Shown: piece by piece, positions 60,496-64,000 of the stretch | Position numbering within the stretch: the first letter of the stretch is position 1 | Layout: each line of letters starts with the position of its first letter | NCBI GenBank assembly: GCA_963841345.1 | Contig: CAWJCK010000003.1 | Coordinates: 3,712,342 to 3,776,341, forward strand | DNA from: an uncultured Acidobacteriaceae bacterium | GTDB lineage: Bacteria > Acidobacteriota > Terriglobia > Terriglobales > Acidobacteriaceae | DNA length: 64,000 nt | Reading direction: 5' to 3' | Notes under the pieces: generated by a model | Databases searched by the model: none | The model's input: only the letters and a program-made list of their open reading frames with translations | What the model was told of the DNA's origin: nothing | Program-made: the position numbers and the translations under genes

Positions 60496-61731
60496 TCAAA
60501 CCCTCGGCGGAAGCAGCGTCTCTTCGCCGATAGGATTAGCCAGCGCTTCCGGCACATAGCGCCGCATCACGCCATCCCGCAGCAGTTCGAATATCTCGCC
60601 GCGCCACAGGATCTTATTGCTCGCATAACTCGCCGCCCAGAAAGCAAAGCCCATCAGGTCGCGCAGCGGATACAGCAGTACCGTCCGCAGTAGGTTTTCC
60701 TCTCCCACGACAGCGCCACCCACCATCGCCGCCAGCAGCATCCTCGAAACCACGCTCCACGCAAGCGCGGCAAAACCGAGCTGCGGCATGCCTAGCACTA
60801 CCGACATCGCACATATCAACAAACCGTAGGGCATGCTGAAGGTTAGCGCCGTTCCCAAATGGCCCATCGGACGCGAAAACCGCGTGCTCTTCATCCACCG
60901 GATCTGATGCTGGATCGATCGCGAGAAGCTCTCGTTCAGCACGATATGGTCGATCACGTGATGCGAGAGAACGACCTTGTGGCCATGCTCCGCGACCCGC
61001 TTGCCGAGCACGAAGTCGTCGGCGCAGTAGCGCCCCAGCGTACCGAAGCCGCCAATCTCCTCCACGCACGAGCGCCGCACCGCCATCGTCGGCCCCAGCG
61101 CAAACTGCATCCCCTCGATCCACTCCGCAGCCAGCACGCCCGCCGCCATCTCCACGCTCATTGCCGTCGCCTCGAGCTTCGACCAGAGGCTCTTGCCATC
61201 GCTAACGCCGCGATAAAGGCACGTCACCAGCCCGACAATCGGATCGGCAAACGGTCCGGCAACCTCGCGCAAATACGACGGGCTCACTCGCACATCGCTG
61301 TCGCTAATGACCAGAATCTCAGACTGAGCGGCAAGACCCATCAGTTCCAACGAGGAGACTTTGGCGTTGGTGTAAGCCGGCTCGCCCGTGGTCAGGAATT
61401 GGACCGGCACACGCGGGTGCCGCTGAGCAACCCGCCTGGCCACCTGCAGTCCGCCGTCACCATGGTCGCGAGCGCAAAACAGAATCTCATAGTTCGGGTA
61501 ATCCTGCGCAAAGAAACCTTCGAGCCGGGCCTCCAACTCGGGCTCCTCCCCGTGTAGCGGCTTGAGCAGGCTCACCCGCGGAAAGAAATCCCGTTCCCGC
61601 GCCAGGAACGATCGCCGCTTCCGCGCAAACGAGCCGGCAGCGACCAGCACCAAAACGCAGTAGATCGAGGAGCACAACAGACCAATAAGGCCCGCGGCGA
61701 GCAACAGCTTCGGGATGGCGGCAATAGTCAA
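60496..61731 (-). CDS. hpnI: HpnI-like/ceramide glucosyltransferase-family GT2 enzyme
   Basis: VSLLKPLHG, NAKVSSL, ISDSDVRV, ADDFVLG, HQIRW; start uncertain. Confidence 0.8.
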   Translation of the reverse strand: MTIAAIPKLLLAAGLIGLLCSSIYCVLVLVAAGSFARKRRSFLARERDFFPRVSLLKPLHGEEPELEARLEGFFAQDYPNYEILFCARDHGDGGLQVARRVAQRHPRVPVQFLTTGEPAYTNAKVSSLELMGLAAQSEILVISDSDVRVSPSYLREVAGPFADPIVGLVTCLYRGVSDGKSLWSKLEATAMSVEMAAGVLAAEWIEGMQFALGPTMAVRRSCVEEIGGFGTLGRYCADDFVLGKRVAEHGHKVVLSHHVIDHIVLNESFSRSIQHQIRWMKSTRFSRPMGHLGTALTFSMPYGLLICAMSVVLGMPQLGFAALAWSVVSRMLLAAMVGGAVVGEENLLRTVLLYPLRDLMGFAFWAASYASNKILWRGEIFELLRDGVMRRYVPEALANPIGEETLLPPRV

Positions 61732-61862
61732 AGATGCAATCCGAGCGAAGGAACGGCAATCGCGCAATTTACGCTGACAATAGTAAGCCTAGTCCCAAGG
61801 GGCGTATGGCATCAAGAGCCTCTTGAGGCAGAGGCGAAACGCCCATCACCCAGAGGCGGGAA

Positions 61863-62351
61863 TCAGTTTCTGCGTCCGCCGGGGGTTACATGAATCGTCG
61901 GCGCGGCGCCGGTTCGCCCCTTAGCTGCGGGGAGCCCCTTCATTGCGGCGTGAAGCGGTGGGGTCCGTTGCGATGCGGTCGCTTCGACCGTCCGTGGCAT
62001 GGGAACGATTGCCGATTCCTGGCCAAAACCCTGCTGCATCCGCCCCAGCATCTCCGTCCGCACATAATCGACGAAGCTCTGCATCTGCCGATTCATCTCT
62101 TCCATCCGCTCCCGCATCTGTAGAACGATGGCGATCCCGGCGATGTTCACGCCAAGGTCCCGGGCCAGGTTCAGAATGAACTCCAACCGTTCCAGGTCCT
62201 CATCGGTGTAAAGGCGCGTATTCCCCTCGGTCCGCGACGGCTTCAGCAGACCCTCGCGCTCGTAGAGGCGCAGCGTCTGCGGGTGAATCTCATACATCTC
62301 GGCCACCGCCGAGATCATGTATGCGCCTTTGGATTTGCGTTTGGTGGGCAT
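61863..62351 (-). CDS. HspR-like MerR-family regulator
   Basis: YMISAVAEMYEIHPQTLRLYEREGLL.PSRTEGNTRLY, LGVNIAGI; same cluster as dnaJ. Confidence 0.9.
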   Translation of the reverse strand: MPTKRKSKGAYMISAVAEMYEIHPQTLRLYEREGLLKPSRTEGNTRLYTDEDLERLEFILNLARDLGVNIAGIAIVLQMRERMEEMNRQMQSFVDYVRTEMLGRMQQGFGQESAIVPMPRTVEATASQRTPPLHAAMKGLPAAKGRTGAAPTIHVTPGGRRN

Positions 62352-62375
62352 GGATGTCCATTTAATCGTTCGGAA

Positions 62376-62597
62376 TCAGTGCACTTTCTGTGGCTGTGCG
62401 GTTCGCTTTGCGATCTGTGCCATCAATCTGAGGGCCTCATTCACTGACTCGGCATCGGGAAATACCTCCATCACATCAGGAGCTAGCGCGATGAGATTCG
62501 TACCCTCCGCGAACCGCTCAGCGAAACGACCCCTCTCGCCACCCCGAAAATCAATCTCGGCCGGCATGTCGTCGTCGATTTCATCTACCTTCTTCAT
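62376..62597 (-). CDS. Putative antitoxin partner of BrnT
   Basis: DDDMPAEIDF.GGERGRF..LAPDV..VFPD.ESVNEALR; overlaps brnT. Confidence 0.75.
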   Translation of the reverse strand: MKKVDEIDDDMPAEIDFRGGERGRFAERFAEGTNLIALAPDVMEVFPDAESVNEALRLMAQIAKRTAQPQKVH

Positions 62598-62862
62598 AGT
62601 CTCGCCTTTCCGCCGCTGTTGCCGATCTGGCACTAATGATGCGAATCGTATCTCCCTCAATTGTATGAGCTACTGCCAGCAGCCGACCGCGCACACTTTC
62701 ACCAAGGCTGAAGTATCTCTGTTCCTCGATCGAGTGCCTTTCGTCAGGCACGGTCACCAGTAGGCGATCACCAAAGACGCTCGTCGCTTGCGTAAAGGTT
62801 ATCCCATGTTTGGCATAGTTTCGGCTGGCCTTCCTGCTGTCCCAGTCGAATACCAAGGCCAT
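62581..62862 (-). CDS. BrnT-family toxin
   Basis: FDWDSRKA..NYAKHGITF, EQRY..LG, IRIISARSAT..ERRDY. Confidence 0.92.
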   Translation of the reverse strand: MALVFDWDSRKASRNYAKHGITFTQATSVFGDRLLVTVPDERHSIEEQRYFSLGESVRGRLLAVAHTIEGDTIRIISARSATAAERRDYEEGR

Positions 62863-62865
62863 GAG

Positions 62866-64000
62866 TTAAACCTTCTCCCAAATAGCCCCGCGCGGATCGT
62901 CCGGATTCAACTTAGCCAGCTCGCGCAAGATCTCCTTCGATCGCTCATCCTTGAGTTGCGGCACCACGATCTCTACCGTCACGATCTGGTCGCCGCGCAA
63001 TCCTTCCTGGGCTGCCGAGGGCACCCCACGCTCGCGCATCCGAAGCTTCTGCCCGCTCTGCGTGCCGGGCGGAATCTTCAATTGCGCTCGACCATCAATC
63101 GTCGGAACCTCGATCTTCGCGCCCAGCGCCGCCTCAGCAACTGTCACTGGCAAAGTGATCAGAATATTGTCGCCCGATCGCTCAAATACCGGATGACTTC
63201 CCGCCTTGATGATCAGGTAAAGGTCACCCGAAGCTCCGCCATTGGTTCCCGCATTCCCTTTGCCGGCAAGCCGGATGCGCTGCCCATCGCGGGTGCCGGG
63301 CTTGATCCGGAAGTCGATCGTCTCCGTCCGAGTTACCGTGCCCTTGCCATCGCAGGTCGGGCAGCTATTCTGCAGCTTGCCCGTGCCGCCGCAGCGCGGG
63401 CACTGCAGAGTGAACTTCATCTGCCCGCCCATCTGCGTGACCTGGCCCGTTCCGGTGCATTCGGGGCAGAGTTGCGCCGACCCCGTCGAAGCCTTTCCCT
63501 TGCAGGTCGGGCAGGTCTCCTGCCGCTGCACTTGCAGGCGCGTTGTCCCGCCGCGAACAGCGGTCCAGAAATCTACCGAGACCTTGTATTCCAGATCTGT
63601 TCCGGCCTCAGGCCCGTGCGGCTGTCGCTGTCCGCCGGAGAATATCCCCGAGAAGATGTCCCGGAATCCGCCCCACGATGAATTGGCAGAATTAGCCGAG
63701 CCGGCCGAACCCGCCGAGCCGCTCCCTGTCGGATGCGTCTGGTAATCAGAGAAATCGAAGCCGCCAAAGTCGAACGGAACCTCCTGCGCTCCACCGCGCG
63801 GCCGTCCGCCCATCCCCGGTGTGTAGCCACCTCGCGCCGCCGCTTCTGCCGCCGCAGGGTCGATATTGTCCGAATAGAAGCCGAACTGGTCGAAGATCTT
63901 CCGCTTCTTTTCGTCGCTCAGGATGTCGTTCGCCTCGGAGATTTCCTTGAATTTCTCCTCGGCCTTCTTGTTGTTCGGATTAACGTCGGGATGATATTTC
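62866..64000 (-). CDS. dnaJ: DnaJ-class chaperone (5' end beyond window)
   Basis: KYHPDVNP J-domain at the window edge, G/F-rich linker, four CxxCxGxG repeats, GDLY, PPGTQSG. Confidence 0.92.
   Translation of the reverse strand, partial: KYHPDVNPNNKKAEEKFKEISEANDILSDEKKRKIFDQFGFYSDNIDPAAAEAAARGGYTPGMGGRPRGGAQEVPFDFGGFDFSDYQTHPTGSGSAGSAGSANSANSSWGGFRDIFSGIFSGGQRQPHGPEAGTDLEYKVSVDFWTAVRGGTTRLQVQRQETCPTCKGKASTGSAQLCPECTGTGQVTQMGGQMKFTLQCPRCGGTGKLQNSCPTCDGKGTVTRTETIDFRIKPGTRDGQRIRLAGKGNAGTNGGASGDLYLIIKAGSHPVFERSGDNILITLPVTVAEAALGAKIEVPTIDGRAQLKIPPGTQSGQKLRMRERGVPSAAQEGLRGDQIVTVEIVVPQLKDERSKEILRELAKLNPDDPRGAIWEKV

Overview
A ~60% GC bacterial chromosome segment, most likely Acidobacteriota (Terriglobia-like). 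The assignment rests on the split F0-only atp cluster, ADOP orphan permeases, PadR modules and an S53 protease with Ig repeats. The left ~20 kb is largely housekeeping: atpZ-I-B-E, lysS flanked by two toxin-antitoxin pairs, ymdB, lemA and oligopeptidase B. After a visible G-to-C skew switch at ~18-21 kb the window becomes accessory-rich. It then carries two PadR/membrane-protein modules, two ADOP permeases, ArnT, a RAYT transposase with flanking REPs, two ArsR-SRPBCC pairs and a cytochrome P460-family gene. It also holds an ECF42-type sigma factor with three YciI genes and two matching promoters, aldo-keto/ADH/AraC genes, an 8-unit palindromic repeat array, a deleted CHAT-TPR remnant and an IS21 nested in an IS3. 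The window ends with a glycine-rich-domain protein, hpnI-like GT, and dnaJ-[BrnT/BrnA]-hspR. No rRNA, tRNA or CRISPR was found. Several single-base lesions, including one in essential lysS, suggest residual assembly errors. The most unusual items are (1) a 37-nt hairpin element inserted in both a REP loop and the IS3 transposase, with covarying stems; (2) a GRDP-like protein with a repetitive Cys/His/Gly tail; (3) a structured orphan non-coding block resembling an IS110 end; (4) an Ig domain apparently split by a membrane hairpin and internal lipobox; and (5) the REP mosaic array.
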